Origin: an uncultured candidate division Zixibacteria bacterium
GTDB taxonomy: Bacteria > Zixibacteria > MSB-5A5 > UBA10806 > 4484-95
Direction: 5' to 3'
Assembly: GCA_963668625.2 (NCBI GenBank)
Contig: CAXXKA010000008.1
Span: 96,001-160,000, forward strand
DNA length: 64,000 nt
The translations under genes were made by a program, and so were the position numbers. Shown here in pieces: positions 19,985 to 32,237 of the stretch. A model generated the notes under the pieces. It was not told where the DNA came from and did not search any database. It worked only from the letters and a program-made list of their open reading frames with translations. Position 1 is the first letter of the stretch. Each line of letters opens with the position of its first letter.

Positions 19985-20140
19985 ATGTACGTATGTACGA
20001 TCTGCGGTTACCTTTACGATCCCGACACCGGCGATGTCGATCATGATATCTCTCCCGGCACTCGTTTCGAGGACTTACCCGAGGACTGGAAATGCCCGCG
20101 CTGCGGAGCAACCAAGATGGATTTCAAATATTTGAAATAA
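19985..20140 (+). CDS. Rubredoxin (51 aa, missed by ORF track)
   Basis: [17 protein letters not shown]...[21 protein letters not shown]; GGAGG upstream; directly after fprA. Confidence 0.95.
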   Translation: MYVCTICGYLYDPDTGDVDHDISPGTRFEDLPEDWKCPRCGATKMDFKYLK

Positions 20141-20157
20141 AGTTAACGAGTACCGCA

Positions 20158-20188
20158 CGGTCGGCCAGAATTGGCCGGCCGTTTTTTT
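20158..20188 (+). terminator. Intrinsic terminator between convergent genes
   Basis: CGGTCGGCCA-GAAT-TGGCCGGCCG followed by T7. Confidence 0.75.
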
Positions 20189-20198
20189 ACTTGGCCAA

Positions 20199-21269
20199 TC
20201 ACCGGGGCAGATTCTCGTCCCAGTTCATCACATTATACTTATTACAGATTTCGATCGCCCTGTCGATCGGCAAAGCCTCAACCCTGTTACCGTTAAACCC
20301 TATCGTGGTGGTAGCCATCACAAGCGAGTTATAAATAGCCTCCTCGGTGGACTCTACACAGGCTAAAAATAGAGGGTTCATCATATCGTTACTTAACCGT
20401 GAGGCGGTTCGCCCGGCGGTGGAAAAAGCTATCACGTAATCACCGCTACCGTTGGCGCAGAACGAACCTGTTCGTGCCATACCAAGAATAGCTCGTTTGG
20501 CCAGACGTTTCAAATTACGGCTTCCCAGGGGAGCATCGGTAGCTACAATTATCATACAGGAGCCATCCTCCGTATTGGGCTTGTCGGCCGGCTTATGGAA
20601 CCGGTTTAACTCGCGACCGACCGGCGCACCGTTAATTTGGAGTATACCGCCGAAATTGGTTTGAACCAGCACACCCAGTTTATGGCCGCCTATTCGCGAG
20701 GGCGTAACTCTCGAGGCTGTTCCGATGCCGCCTTTGAATCCGAAACAAACGGTACCGGCGCCCGCTCCAACACAGCCCTCCTCGACCATCCCCGGTCGCG
20801 CGTTCCTGATCGCCTCCGCCACCTCCTCGGATCCCAGTACTCGCTGTCGAATATCGTTAAGCAGGCTGTCATTGGTTTCACCGATCACCGGATTTACGGA
20901 CCGTATATGCTCGTTGCCAGGCAAGCTGAGCATAAACTCGACCAGGCCATCGGCGACCCTACCAATGTTTAACGTGTTGGTCAGGAGAATCGGCGTATGG
21001 ATTTCGCCGAACTCCTCGACCTGGGTGTAACCGAGAAGTTTACCCCGGCCGTTTTCCGCGTGAACCGCTGCTTTCACGGGTTGGGCGTGAAGGTTACCCG
21101 AGTGAGGAAGTATGGCGGTTATTCCGGTTCTGATATTTTCTCCCCGGAAAGCGGTGTAGTGACCTACCTCCACTCCCTCTATATCGGTGATAGCATTGTA
21201 TTCCCCGGTCGGTAATATGCCCGTAGCAATGCCCAGTTCGCGAATTCTCCTTTTATTATTATTGGTCAT
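20199..21269 (-). CDS. DmpA-like aminopeptidase (P1/S58 family)
   Basis: NAITDI.GV.VGH, GFKGGIGTASR, autoprocessing DG/SC, NGSGDY. Confidence 0.92.
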   Translation of the reverse strand: MTNNNKRRIRELGIATGILPTGEYNAITDIEGVEVGHYTAFRGENIRTGITAILPHSGNLHAQPVKAAVHAENGRGKLLGYTQVEEFGEIHTPILLTNTLNIGRVADGLVEFMLSLPGNEHIRSVNPVIGETNDSLLNDIRQRVLGSEEVAEAIRNARPGMVEEGCVGAGAGTVCFGFKGGIGTASRVTPSRIGGHKLGVLVQTNFGGILQINGAPVGRELNRFHKPADKPNTEDGSCMIIVATDAPLGSRNLKRLAKRAILGMARTGSFCANGSGDYVIAFSTAGRTASRLSNDMMNPLFLACVESTEEAIYNSLVMATTTIGFNGNRVEALPIDRAIEICNKYNVMNWDENLPR

Positions 21270-21785
21270 ATCTCACTTCCTGCTTCAGATATTTTGTCTT
21301 ATTTAAATTTCTTTTCTAATATGGATTAAACCGGTAGAATCGTTCAGTTTCAAATAGAAAAATGCCTCCCTACTTACCTCGATCCGTAACCTGGAGCAGC
21401 ATTACTGTTTAGCAAATAATAAGGGTAGAGGTGATAACGGTCAAAGTATCTTTTGAGTTAATACTCGATGGTTGATGCATTTTTTCAGTCAGCAGATCGA
21501 GCCGGGAAATAAGCTTGATATATATTTAGTGCTTGTTTTTTAGCAGCGATTTATTATTTTATACACAACAAACGAATAAATCAGCGATACTCTCGCGGAT
21601 TTTCAATGGGGCATTAACCGGGGAACCAGAGAAATAAACTTTACAACGTTAAGGAGCCCTTTTTAACTAACAGTTAAAGTATCTTAAAAAAACAATCTAT
21701 AATTTTTACCTCTGAGGCTTATAGCATCAACGGTATTGCATCTGTGGGGAGTTTCTCGGGGGAAACCTGATATTGAGGTTTACCC

Positions 21786-23033
21786 ATGAGTCATGCTGTA
21801 AAGTCTAGCGCATATAGTAGTTGGGTATATTCAACTCGTTTACATGTGTTCATGTATTCGATGTTGTTAATTGCTACACCATTTATCTTATTACGGAATT
21901 ATCTCGTACAGGGTATAGCTCTGTTCTCCGACTCATCGGCTACGTTTCTCGGTATAGAATTCAAGATCGTACCGGTGGCGGCGGCTATAGCATTGGTCAC
22001 ATTGCTCATAATATTCAAAGCTCGGATCACGAAACTGCGTGCATTATCTTTAGGGCTTGCAATCGTTATCATTGCGTTGGCGCAGCAGATAACGGACTAC
22101 TACTTCGGCCATAAATTTTACGATCTCCAACAGAACTGGCATTATCTCGCTTACGGAATCTACTCTTATATTATCTATCGCGATCTCGCGCCTCGCGGTA
22201 TGCCGTTGTATAAAGTGATTCTTATCACCTATTTCTCCGCCATGGTGTTGTCATCTTTCGACGAGATAATCCAGGTGTTTATCAGTAATCGGATTTTCGA
22301 TGTTTGCGATATCGGCAAGGATGTTACGGGCGTTTACATGGGCATGGTAATGACTTATTTCGGTGGAATATATTCATCCACGTTCTTAAAAGATTGGCGT
22401 AACATCCGCCATAAAAACGCGAAAGGTTACTACCGTCACCCGTTCACCTCGATGATGTTATTGTTCGTATTAACATTCATATTTCTCGGTTACGGTTCGA
22501 TACTCAGTGATTCGCAGTACTGGCTTTTGGTAGTAGGCTTGACAATCGGGACATTTTCGATATTTCTGGGAATACTCCATCTCAGTCAATATAAAAAAGC
22601 AGCTTATACCATGATAACGATAGCCATCGTTCTGGTGTCGGTTCAGGGCTTTTTCATAGTCAAAAACCTCGACAGGGGCATAACCTATAACCGCTATGGC
22701 TTAACCGTGTACAAAGGTATTCCGATACCTTTTTTCGATGTAATGATTTTTCCCAACGGTATGTTTCGTCCGGTCGACAAGAAACATTATTTCAACCAGC
22801 GAGATCGTGAATTTCTGATGAAGCAGAAATCCGATATTATTTTAATTGGAAGCGGGATGTACGGTAAAGGCGGCAAAGGCTTCAACAGCAAAGAACTCGA
22901 ATTTATCTATAATCCCAATACCAGGAAAGCTACACAGGTAATCATTCAGAAAAATACGGATGCATATAAAACTTTCAATCGCTTAAAAAGAGAGAACAAA
23001 AATGTTTTGTTTATTTTGCACAATACCTGCTGA
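21786..23033 (+). CDS. Multi-TM protein with VanZ-like segment and C-terminal Mth938-like domain
   Basis: H...YG...DEIIQ...R.FDVCD (VanZ-like); IILIGSG...A...FN...LHNTC (Mth938-like). Confidence 0.6.
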   Translation: MSHAVKSSAYSSWVYSTRLHVFMYSMLLIATPFILLRNYLVQGIALFSDSSATFLGIEFKIVPVAAAIALVTLLIIFKARITKLRALSLGLAIVIIALAQQITDYYFGHKFYDLQQNWHYLAYGIYSYIIYRDLAPRGMPLYKVILITYFSAMVLSSFDEIIQVFISNRIFDVCDIGKDVTGVYMGMVMTYFGGIYSSTFLKDWRNIRHKNAKGYYRHPFTSMMLLFVLTFIFLGYGSILSDSQYWLLVVGLTIGTFSIFLGILHLSQYKKAAYTMITIAIVLVSVQGFFIVKNLDRGITYNRYGLTVYKGIPIPFFDVMIFPNGMFRPVDKKHYFNQRDREFLMKQKSDIILIGSGMYGKGGKGFNSKELEFIYNPNTRKATQVIIQKNTDAYKTFNRLKRENKNVLFILHNTC

Positions 23034-23961
23034 GGATAAAAGCGAAAAAAATAATAGTCGTAAAACGAAAAAAAAATCGGTTATGAGATCGCTGGTGACC
23101 TGGTCCCTGGTATTTATCTGGGTCTTTCTAATCGCCTTTGGCCTGGTATCGGCAACCAGCCCCTCGTGGTTGGATGGTTTTGCCAAACATGGCCGGGAGG
23201 GCGAATCTCGTCAGATAAAAGATCGCGGCGACTTCTTATTGAGAGACAGGAATTACCCGTTAGCATTGGCTCAATATCGGCGGGCTCTGGAGATAAATCC
23301 CGACTTCACGGGCGCTATAGTCAATTCTGCGATTGCTTTCAATAAAAGCGGTGAGCCCGAAAAGGGTATAAAACTTCTCAGAGAGGCAATCAAAAACGAT
23401 CCTAATCATCCCGGTATGATTTATTTCAATATAGGTGAGATCTATCATGACATGAAGCAATACGAAAAAGCAACCGAGTACTATTACAAAGCTCTCGGCG
23501 CGGACTGCGATCCGATCTTGACATTGAAAAAACTTCTCATGCTTTACATGCAGACCAAGCAGCATGATAAGTCACAAGAAACGGCACGCAAATTATTAGA
23601 GTATCAAAACGATCCCTTAACCCCATACAAGAGTATGCTATATAAGTATTCAACTATTTACGAAAATAAATCCGAGCATTACGAGTTTTTCGAAAATCTT
23701 CGCGAAAACGGGATTACTGCCGACCAATTAGCGGAATACGATTTGGAGGTAATCAGAGACTTGAGCAGCAGCGACCCCGAAGTAGCGAAAACTCATAACA
23801 ACCTGGCCTTCATTTACGCATTAAGCGGAGATATCGATAAAGCAATCGAACATTTCGAGGAATCAGAGCGTATCTGGCCCGGCAATAGAGATGCCGTAAA
23901 GAATCTAAAATACCTGAGACATGCGAAAAACAACGAACGCCTGGCGACGACATCGAAATAA
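23002..23961 (+). CDS. Membrane-anchored TPR protein
   Basis: N-terminal TM; TPR motifs (YRRALEINPD, YFNIGEIY, HNNLAFIY); real start probably at MRSLVTW. Confidence 0.82.
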   Translation: MFCLFCTIPAEDKSEKNNSRKTKKKSVMRSLVTWSLVFIWVFLIAFGLVSATSPSWLDGFAKHGREGESRQIKDRGDFLLRDRNYPLALAQYRRALEINPDFTGAIVNSAIAFNKSGEPEKGIKLLREAIKNDPNHPGMIYFNIGEIYHDMKQYEKATEYYYKALGADCDPILTLKKLLMLYMQTKQHDKSQETARKLLEYQNDPLTPYKSMLYKYSTIYENKSEHYEFFENLRENGITADQLAEYDLEVIRDLSSSDPEVAKTHNNLAFIYALSGDIDKAIEHFEESERIWPGNRDAVKNLKYLRHAKNNERLATTSK

Positions 23962-24148
23962 AATGGTTTTTCGTTTTTGATTTCAGTAGAGGTGTTATTG
24001 TTTTCAATAATCATTTTCCCGATTTTAACTCCGTAAAATAATTACAATAGCAAATCGATCACGGAAATCAGCAAATTATTTTTCGATGATATTACTATTG
24101 CATGTATATCATTTTTATTATTTCCGGTTCTACGTGTATATGGTTTTT

Positions 24149-24347
24149 CACTACTGTCCGGTTTTTTTCGGTCTATTTTAAATTTCTCATTGGGATTAGT
24201 AGTGAAAGATATTTTCCGATATAATTATATATTCATCGTATCATGCATCCAGGTATATCCTGGCGATGCCAGGCTCGGTTCCCTGGTTTCCAAACGCTGC
24301 CTGGAAACCTTCTTGAGTCATGTAAAATGCGCATTCTGGCGGTAAAC
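24149..24347 (+). mobile_element. MITE family A, truncated copy
   Basis: Starts CACTACTGTCCGG and follows the consensus to GCGCATTCTG; palindrome and right TIR missing. Confidence 0.82.
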
Positions 24348-24530
24348 GCGGGGCAACCGCTTACTCGCAATATGATGAGTAACTCTATAAGAGGATTCAA
24401 GTACAATGGCTTGAACCGCTCTTTAGATTTACGTATCGCGCGTTTACGCAAAAAGCCAGGTGATAGCGGATGTCAACCGCGCCTGATTAAATCCGTCAGA
24501 AGTGTTGGCTACATGCTGGTTCGCGAGTAA
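24348..24530 (+). pseudogene. Orphan C-terminal winged-helix fragment of an OmpR-family response regulator
   Basis: GQPLTR...RSLDLRIARLRKK...PRLIKSVRSVGY with no receiver domain; abuts the truncated MITE. Confidence 0.75.
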
Positions 24531-24890
24531 TGGTATACTGATAACTTTGCTCATGAGCAATTCCTATAATCTCCTCGTTTGTGATAATACTCCTATATGA
24601 GATAAAAACACCAATAATCAAGCGTCCTGAGCCCGGGTAACCGACTAAAACCATATCATGGCTATTAATATTCTTCGCTGAATGAAACCTGCACAAATGC
24701 ACACAATAACACATGTCCACGAATATCCGGAACCGGCAGTTCATGATTCCCGTATCTGTTTTTCTAACCTCTTATTAATTAACATATTAGGAATTAAAAT
24801 ATTTTAAGAAAAGCTTGCATTTTAAGCTAATATTTGGTATTATTATCTTTTGCCTTATGGAGGTAATGTCACGGGTGTGACTGGAATTTT

Positions 24891-25181
24891 GTGGCTAAAG
24901 AAAACGTAATTAGAATTGGCGATCTGCTGAAAAAGACCCTGCAATCGGCTGGTATAGCCGAGCGGGTCGACCGTCAGGCCGCCATTGTTTTCTGGGAGGA
25001 GATCGTCGGGCCAAAGCTGGCCGAAAAGACTAAAGCGTTACGAATAGAGAGGGATGTGCTGAAAGTCAAGGTCGTATCAGCGCCCTGGCGTAACGAGCTG
25101 ATCTTTTTTAAAGAGGACATTTTAAGGAAAATAGCCGAGAGAATCGGCGAGGGAAAAGTAAAGGATATCGTTTTTTACTAA
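24891..25181 (+). CDS. DUF721/DciA-family protein
   Basis: WEEIVG...L.V.V.SAPWRNEL; directly upstream of gyrB. Confidence 0.85.
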   Translation: MAKENVIRIGDLLKKTLQSAGIAERVDRQAAIVFWEEIVGPKLAEKTKALRIERDVLKVKVVSAPWRNELIFFKEDILRKIAERIGEGKVKDIVFY

Positions 25182-25331
25182 TAGGGCTAAAAGGAACAAT
25201 ACGGATTAACACGATCACTAAAACTATGGAATATCCGGTCCGCGAAAGCGATTTCTCTCGATGGGAGAATTGCTGATAGCTGAAAGGCCAGGTTTAGCGA
25301 GTTGTTTTACCGCCTGATAGCGAGGAAATAG

Positions 25332-27287
<1,956 letters not shown>

Positions 27288-27491
27288 ACAGCGGGATATT
27301 ATCGCGGAGCTGTAGCGTATTAAGTTCTCGCATTAACATCTGTTATATTTTCATATAGTATAAGATATTTTGATATTCGTATTAATCCGGTTTCATTTCG
27401 GATAAAGGTCATAGTTCTTTTAAATCGGGTTTGCTGATATACCGAAACAGTAACAGGGGGAAAATTATACAGAACATGATTATTAACATCC

Positions 27492-27941
27492 GTGGGTAAT
27501 TTAAATATGATTTTCAAGTGGTCCGAAAAACTTATTTGTGGTAATCCTATAATCGATTTCCAACATCGTTTTCTGTTCAAAGTTATGGATAATGTCAAAC
27601 ACGATATCAAAAAAGGCAAATCGATCGAAGCCGCCAAAGAGATGATCCATTTTCTCAAAGTATACTTCATCGAGCATTTCGGTGATGAGGAGCAAATAAT
27701 GGCTGAAACCGGGTACCCGAAAATCCGCGAACATAAGACTGAGCATAGAAAAATAAGGTCCGAAGCTTTTCGGATGATTCGATTACTGGAAAAGTCAAAC
27801 TACAGCGCCAGCCGCGTGTACGATACTTTCTTGTCCGCTCGGGATTGGCTGCAAATTCATTTAAAGGATTACGACCAGGAATTGATAGATTATCTGCAGA
27901 AATACTACGATGAATACCATAGAAGCAAGCAATTGAAATAA
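27492..27941 (+). CDS. Bacteriohemerythrin
   Basis: G...ID.QH, HF.DEE, H..EH, HL...D iron-ligand pattern. Confidence 0.88.
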   Translation: MGNLNMIFKWSEKLICGNPIIDFQHRFLFKVMDNVKHDIKKGKSIEAAKEMIHFLKVYFIEHFGDEEQIMAETGYPKIREHKTEHRKIRSEAFRMIRLLEKSNYSASRVYDTFLSARDWLQIHLKDYDQELIDYLQKYYDEYHRSKQLK

Positions 27942-28119
27942 TCCATCCTTGCCTTAATAGGATCTTACATAAATTGATTTCACAGACAAATGTTGCAAAA
28001 TTTATCGGCTCTTTAATTGCAAATATAATCCCGCCCGCAATAATTACCGTTTTCCTCAGTTGCCTTGGATGTTAACCGATTAAATAAATGATAAAATAAT
28101 CTATCCTTGATTATTCAAA

Positions 28120-28590
28120 ATGGGAGGAGTATCGATGTCAACCGGCTGGTCAGGCGCATTAATGTCCGGAAATCCAATTATCGATTTCCAGCATAGAATG
28201 GCGCTCGAGATGTTCAAAAAGCTAATGGTCGATTTCCAGTCCGGCGGCAATAAATTCACTCTAGAGGAGGCGATCACATTTTTCGATTGTTATTCCATAG
28301 AACATTTTGGAGATGAGGAGGATATCATCTCCCGTCACAAACTGCCTGATATAGATAAACATGCAGAAGAACATCGCCGCACGAGAAAGAACGTGATTAC
28401 TTTCAAAGAGACAGTCGCCTCCAAGGGGTATTCCCGCTCCCTGACCGCTGAACTTCTCGCCCTTATAAGCGGATATCTAAGCGAACATTTTCAAAAGTCT
28501 GATAAATCCATTATTATCAATTTAAAAAAGATTTACACGCCGTACAAACAAACCAGTAAAATACAAACAGTCAGTGTCATTAAGACTTGA
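28120..28590 (+). CDS. Bacteriohemerythrin (paralogue)
   Basis: GNPIIDFQH, EHFGDEE, HAEEH, HF..SD. Confidence 0.85.
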   Translation: MGGVSMSTGWSGALMSGNPIIDFQHRMALEMFKKLMVDFQSGGNKFTLEEAITFFDCYSIEHFGDEEDIISRHKLPDIDKHAEEHRRTRKNVITFKETVASKGYSRSLTAELLALISGYLSEHFQKSDKSIIINLKKIYTPYKQTSKIQTVSVIKT

Positions 28591-28624
28591 AACCCTTTTA
28601 ACTACCAAATCAATTATTCATGAT

Positions 28625-28878
28625 CACTGGTGTCCGGTGTTTTTCGGTCAATTTTAAATTTCTCATTGGCATTATTAGTGAAAGATATTTTCCGACATAA
28701 TTATATATTCATCGTATCATGCATCCTGATATGTCCTGTCGATGCTAGGATTAGTTTCCTGGTTTCCAAGCGCTGCCTGGAAACCTTCTTGAGTCATGTA
28801 GAATGCGCATTCTGCAGGCAAACAAACCACGTTGCGAAGTAGCGTTTCGCAACGAGATTGAAAGGCCCTACGCTAGTG
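28625..28878 (+). mobile_element. MITE family A, full copy
   Basis: CACTGGTGTCCGG ... CGCTAGTG; colinear with 15994 copy; decayed flanks ATTCATGAT / ATTCAGTCT. Confidence 0.88.
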
Positions 28879-28995
28879 ATTCAGTCTAATACATCAAAAT
28901 AGCTAATCGCCGGTTATAGCGTAAAGGCACAATACCGCAGAACCGATAATTAGAGTGGTATGCTTAATTAAGTTATAATCAGAAGGAAAAACCTG

Positions 28996-29535
28996 ATGTC
29001 TGTCGGTTCCGAACTATTGCGCGTTCTGATCAATATAGTCATTCTTTTAGTCGCAGCCGGTATGTTGTATGAGTTTATAAACTGGTTTATCAGAAATATG
29101 TTTTTGCCGATCACCGATCTCAATAGAGAATTGAATAATGTACCCGAACTTCTAACTAAATTCGCTCAAGCCTATTCGGCAACCGGTAAACCCAACCGTC
29201 AGAATTTATCCACGGTATCCAATCAAATTAAAGTGCTGGCGAGTAGAATAATAGGCGGCAGGGACACGATCCCGGTATATGATTTTCTATCTAAACTCGG
29301 GATAGTACATAATCGCGAGGTTATCGATGATATTGTCCGCAGTTTAAATTTCCTTGCGGCGGCCCTTTTCGAAACGAATTCATCACAATCGACTATAGAT
29401 ATCGTACAACAGAAAATAATCAAACTCGAGGAGAGCCTGGGGATAGCGAAACTATCCGCCCGGCGCATAAAAGTAGAGCAATCCGCTCCCGAAACTTTAC
29501 CTGAAGAAGAAGCCGAACCGGAAAATCAAGTTTAG
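28996..29535 (+). CDS. Hypothetical protein with N-terminal TM
   Basis: 179-aa ORF with AAGGA RBS. Confidence 0.65.
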   Translation: MSVGSELLRVLINIVILLVAAGMLYEFINWFIRNMFLPITDLNRELNNVPELLTKFAQAYSATGKPNRQNLSTVSNQIKVLASRIIGGRDTIPVYDFLSKLGIVHNREVIDDIVRSLNFLAAALFETNSSQSTIDIVQQKIIKLEESLGIAKLSARRIKVEQSAPETLPEEEAEPENQV

Positions 29536-29621
29536 TCGCTTATTGTTTATCTTGCCATAATCCAAAAATTATCGTAATTTATAATGAATAGATTTCGGGC
29601 ATAAAAGCGGGATATTATATT

Positions 29622-30722
29622 ATGTCGAGATTATACTGTTTATCATGTGGAAAAGAATATAGCCTCGAAAATATTATCTGGAGATGTGCTTGCGGCGGGC
29701 TTCTGGATATCGATACAGGCGTGCGATTCGATACGAACATGATCGCAACCCGAAAACCGGGCCTGTGGCGGTATCGCGAGGCTATACCTATTGCGGATGA
29801 CCGAAACATAGTATCGTTCAACGAGGGCTTAACTCCATTACTCGAAATAGAAATCGAATCGCGGCATGTACTGGTCAAACAGGATCATATCTTCCCGACC
29901 GGATCATACAAAGATCGCGGCGCCTCGGTGCTTATCAGCAAAGTCAGGGAACTTGGTATTGATCATGTCGTGGAGGACTCCTCGGGCAATGCCGGAGCCG
30001 CCATCGCCGCCTATTGCGCACGGGCCGGTATAATCTGTGATATATACGTGCCATCCTCGATCCCTGCAGGAAAACTTAAGCAAATAGCTGCCTATAAAGC
30101 CGTGATACATAAAATCGAGGGAGGCCGGGAGAAGGCGGCGAAAGCCGCTTTGGAGGCCGCCGGGCAATATTATTACGCCAGTCATTGTTGGAATCCGTAT
30201 TTCATCCAGGGAGTCAAAACATTCGCTTTCGAGATTTGTGAACAGTTGCGCTGGCGCTCACCCGATACGCTGGTGCTACCGGCAGGTAACGGGACACTGG
30301 TACTGGGCGCATATATCGGGTTCGATCAATTGAAAAAAGCGGATATAATCGACAGTATTCCTAAAATCCTAGCTGTTCAGGCTGAAAATTGCGCTCCGCT
30401 GTATCAAGGATTCCATAACAAATCATCCGAAATACCGTATATAAAAACCAGACCCACGATTGCCGAGGGCATAGCCATCGCCGAACCTGTCAGAGGTAAA
30501 CAAATAATCGAGACCGTTCGAGCCACGGGCGGGGAATTTCTGAAAGTAAGCGAGGATGAAATTACGATCGCTTTAAAAGAGATGCATTCGAAAGGCTATT
30601 ATATAGAACCTACATCAGCCTCAACCATTGCCGGGTTGAAACAATACCTGAAAAAATCCCGAGGTGACAGAATAATAGTATCGACATTCACCGGTCATGG
30701 ATTGAAATACAGTGGCAAGTAA
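29622..30722 (+). CDS. Threonine synthase-like PLP enzyme (fold type II)
   Basis: N-terminal CxxC, PTGSYKDRG, SSGNAG, PAGNG, EPTSA, TGHGLK. Confidence 0.88.
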   Translation: MSRLYCLSCGKEYSLENIIWRCACGGLLDIDTGVRFDTNMIATRKPGLWRYREAIPIADDRNIVSFNEGLTPLLEIEIESRHVLVKQDHIFPTGSYKDRGASVLISKVRELGIDHVVEDSSGNAGAAIAAYCARAGIICDIYVPSSIPAGKLKQIAAYKAVIHKIEGGREKAAKAALEAAGQYYYASHCWNPYFIQGVKTFAFEICEQLRWRSPDTLVLPAGNGTLVLGAYIGFDQLKKADIIDSIPKILAVQAENCAPLYQGFHNKSSEIPYIKTRPTIAEGIAIAEPVRGKQIIETVRATGGEFLKVSEDEITIALKEMHSKGYYIEPTSASTIAGLKQYLKKSRGDRIIVSTFTGHGLKYSGK

Positions 30723-30743
30723 GAGGGTAACAAAACAAGCAGC

Positions 30744-31487
30744 ATGAGTGTCTATTCGAAGAGTAATGGTGATGGCCGGTTTTCATGGAAAGGCAAGAAA
30801 TTCGGAGTGGAGATTTTACATTCCCGCGCCGGATTAGCCCAGCAGATATGGATTGAAAACGAAGATCGGGCGATTTTGGTAGACTGCGGCGACGGTTGCC
30901 TTCGCGATATAATAAATAACGATCTCGACCTGGCGAAACTCAACGCTATCCTGATAACACACGGGCATTTCGATCATATGGGCGGCCTTCATACCCTGCT
31001 GGGATTTTTGCGAATGACAGGCCGCAGGCAAGATTTGATTATCGTAACACCTGATGGTTGCCCGGAGGTATTAGCGGTAATAGGAAGCTTTCACTTCCTT
31101 TACCGTGGCAGTTTGCCTTTCGAAATCGAGCATAACAATTTGCGGGATGCCGGTACTTTAAATATCGGTGATATAACGATCACGCTCAGGGATATGATCC
31201 ACTGTGGCAGTGTCGAGGGCGGGAAGATACTCGATAGAATACCGGCCGCCGGTTATTGCCTGGTTACCGAGGGAGAAAAAGTGGCGATATCGGGAGACAC
31301 CGGCTTGAACGATAGCTTGAGAGAGATGGTTGTTGATGCCGATCTGGCGATAATCGAGGCAACTTATGAAAATAGCGGCAAAATCGATAACGAGTTAATC
31401 AACCGTGTTCATCTGGCCGAGGATATCGCTCATGATCTGGGCGGAACGGCCAAGAACTATGTGCTGGTGCATAAAGGTAAACGATAA
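30744..31487 (+). CDS. Metallo-beta-lactamase-fold hydrolase (RNase Z-like)
   Basis: LVDCG, THGHFDHMGG, SGDT, EATY. Confidence 0.85.
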   Translation: MSVYSKSNGDGRFSWKGKKFGVEILHSRAGLAQQIWIENEDRAILVDCGDGCLRDIINNDLDLAKLNAILITHGHFDHMGGLHTLLGFLRMTGRRQDLIIVTPDGCPEVLAVIGSFHFLYRGSLPFEIEHNNLRDAGTLNIGDITITLRDMIHCGSVEGGKILDRIPAAGYCLVTEGEKVAISGDTGLNDSLREMVVDADLAIIEATYENSGKIDNELINRVHLAEDIAHDLGGTAKNYVLVHKGKR

Positions 31488-31501
31488 ACAAAGGATTTGA
31501 T

Positions 31502-31876
31502 ATGGAGAAGCATATTTCGATACTGGGTATTATCTACATAGTCTATTCGGGTATTTTCCTGGTAGTGGCCGGGTTACTGTTTTTCACGGTTGCCGGCGCC
31601 GGCGTGCTATCCGGGGATGGTGATGCTATCGCCGTCACGGCTATCGTAGCAACCGCGGTATCGGCGTTTTTCGTGGTTGTTGCCTTGCCGGGATTGATCG
31701 GTGGAATCGGCTTGCTCAGCTATCAACCGTGGGCCAGATGGTTACTGGTGATACTCGGCTTCTTGAATCTGATTAATTTTCCCATTGGTACGGCGCTGGG
31801 GGCGTACACGATCTGGGCCTTGATGAATGCTGATATGGAGGCTCACTATAAAGCCAGGATGTCGGGAGTCGCTTAG
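31502..31876 (+). CDS. Small membrane protein
   Basis: Three to four TM helices; FPIGTALGAYTIW motif. Confidence 0.78.
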   Translation: MEKHISILGIIYIVYSGIFLVVAGLLFFTVAGAGVLSGDGDAIAVTAIVATAVSAFFVVVALPGLIGGIGLLSYQPWARWLLVILGFLNLINFPIGTALGAYTIWALMNADMEAHYKARMSGVA

Positions 31877-31950
31877 TTAATAACGTTTTCTGATAGATTC
31901 CATTTCGGGGAACATCGTTCATAAAATTACCTATAATCTATATATATATT

Positions 31951-32205
31951 CACTACTGTCCGGTCTTTTCATCTCGTTGCGAAGCGCTGCTTCGCAACGT
32001 GGCTTGTTTGCCGGCAGAATGCGCATTCTACATGATTCAAGAAGGTTTCCAAGCAGCGCTTGGAAACCAGAAAACCAAGCCTAACATCGGCAGGATATGT
32101 CAGGATGAATGATACGCTGAATAAAATAATTATATCGGAAAATATTTTTCATTAACAATTCCAAGGAGAAATTTAAAATTTAACGAAAAACACCGGACAC
32201 TAGTG
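31951..32205 (-). mobile_element. MITE family A, full copy
   Basis: CACTACTGTCCGG ... CCGGACACTAGTG with perfect 9-bp TSD ATATATATT. Confidence 0.92.
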
Positions 32206-32237
32206 ATATATATTGAACCTTTAGTGAAGGAGTATCT

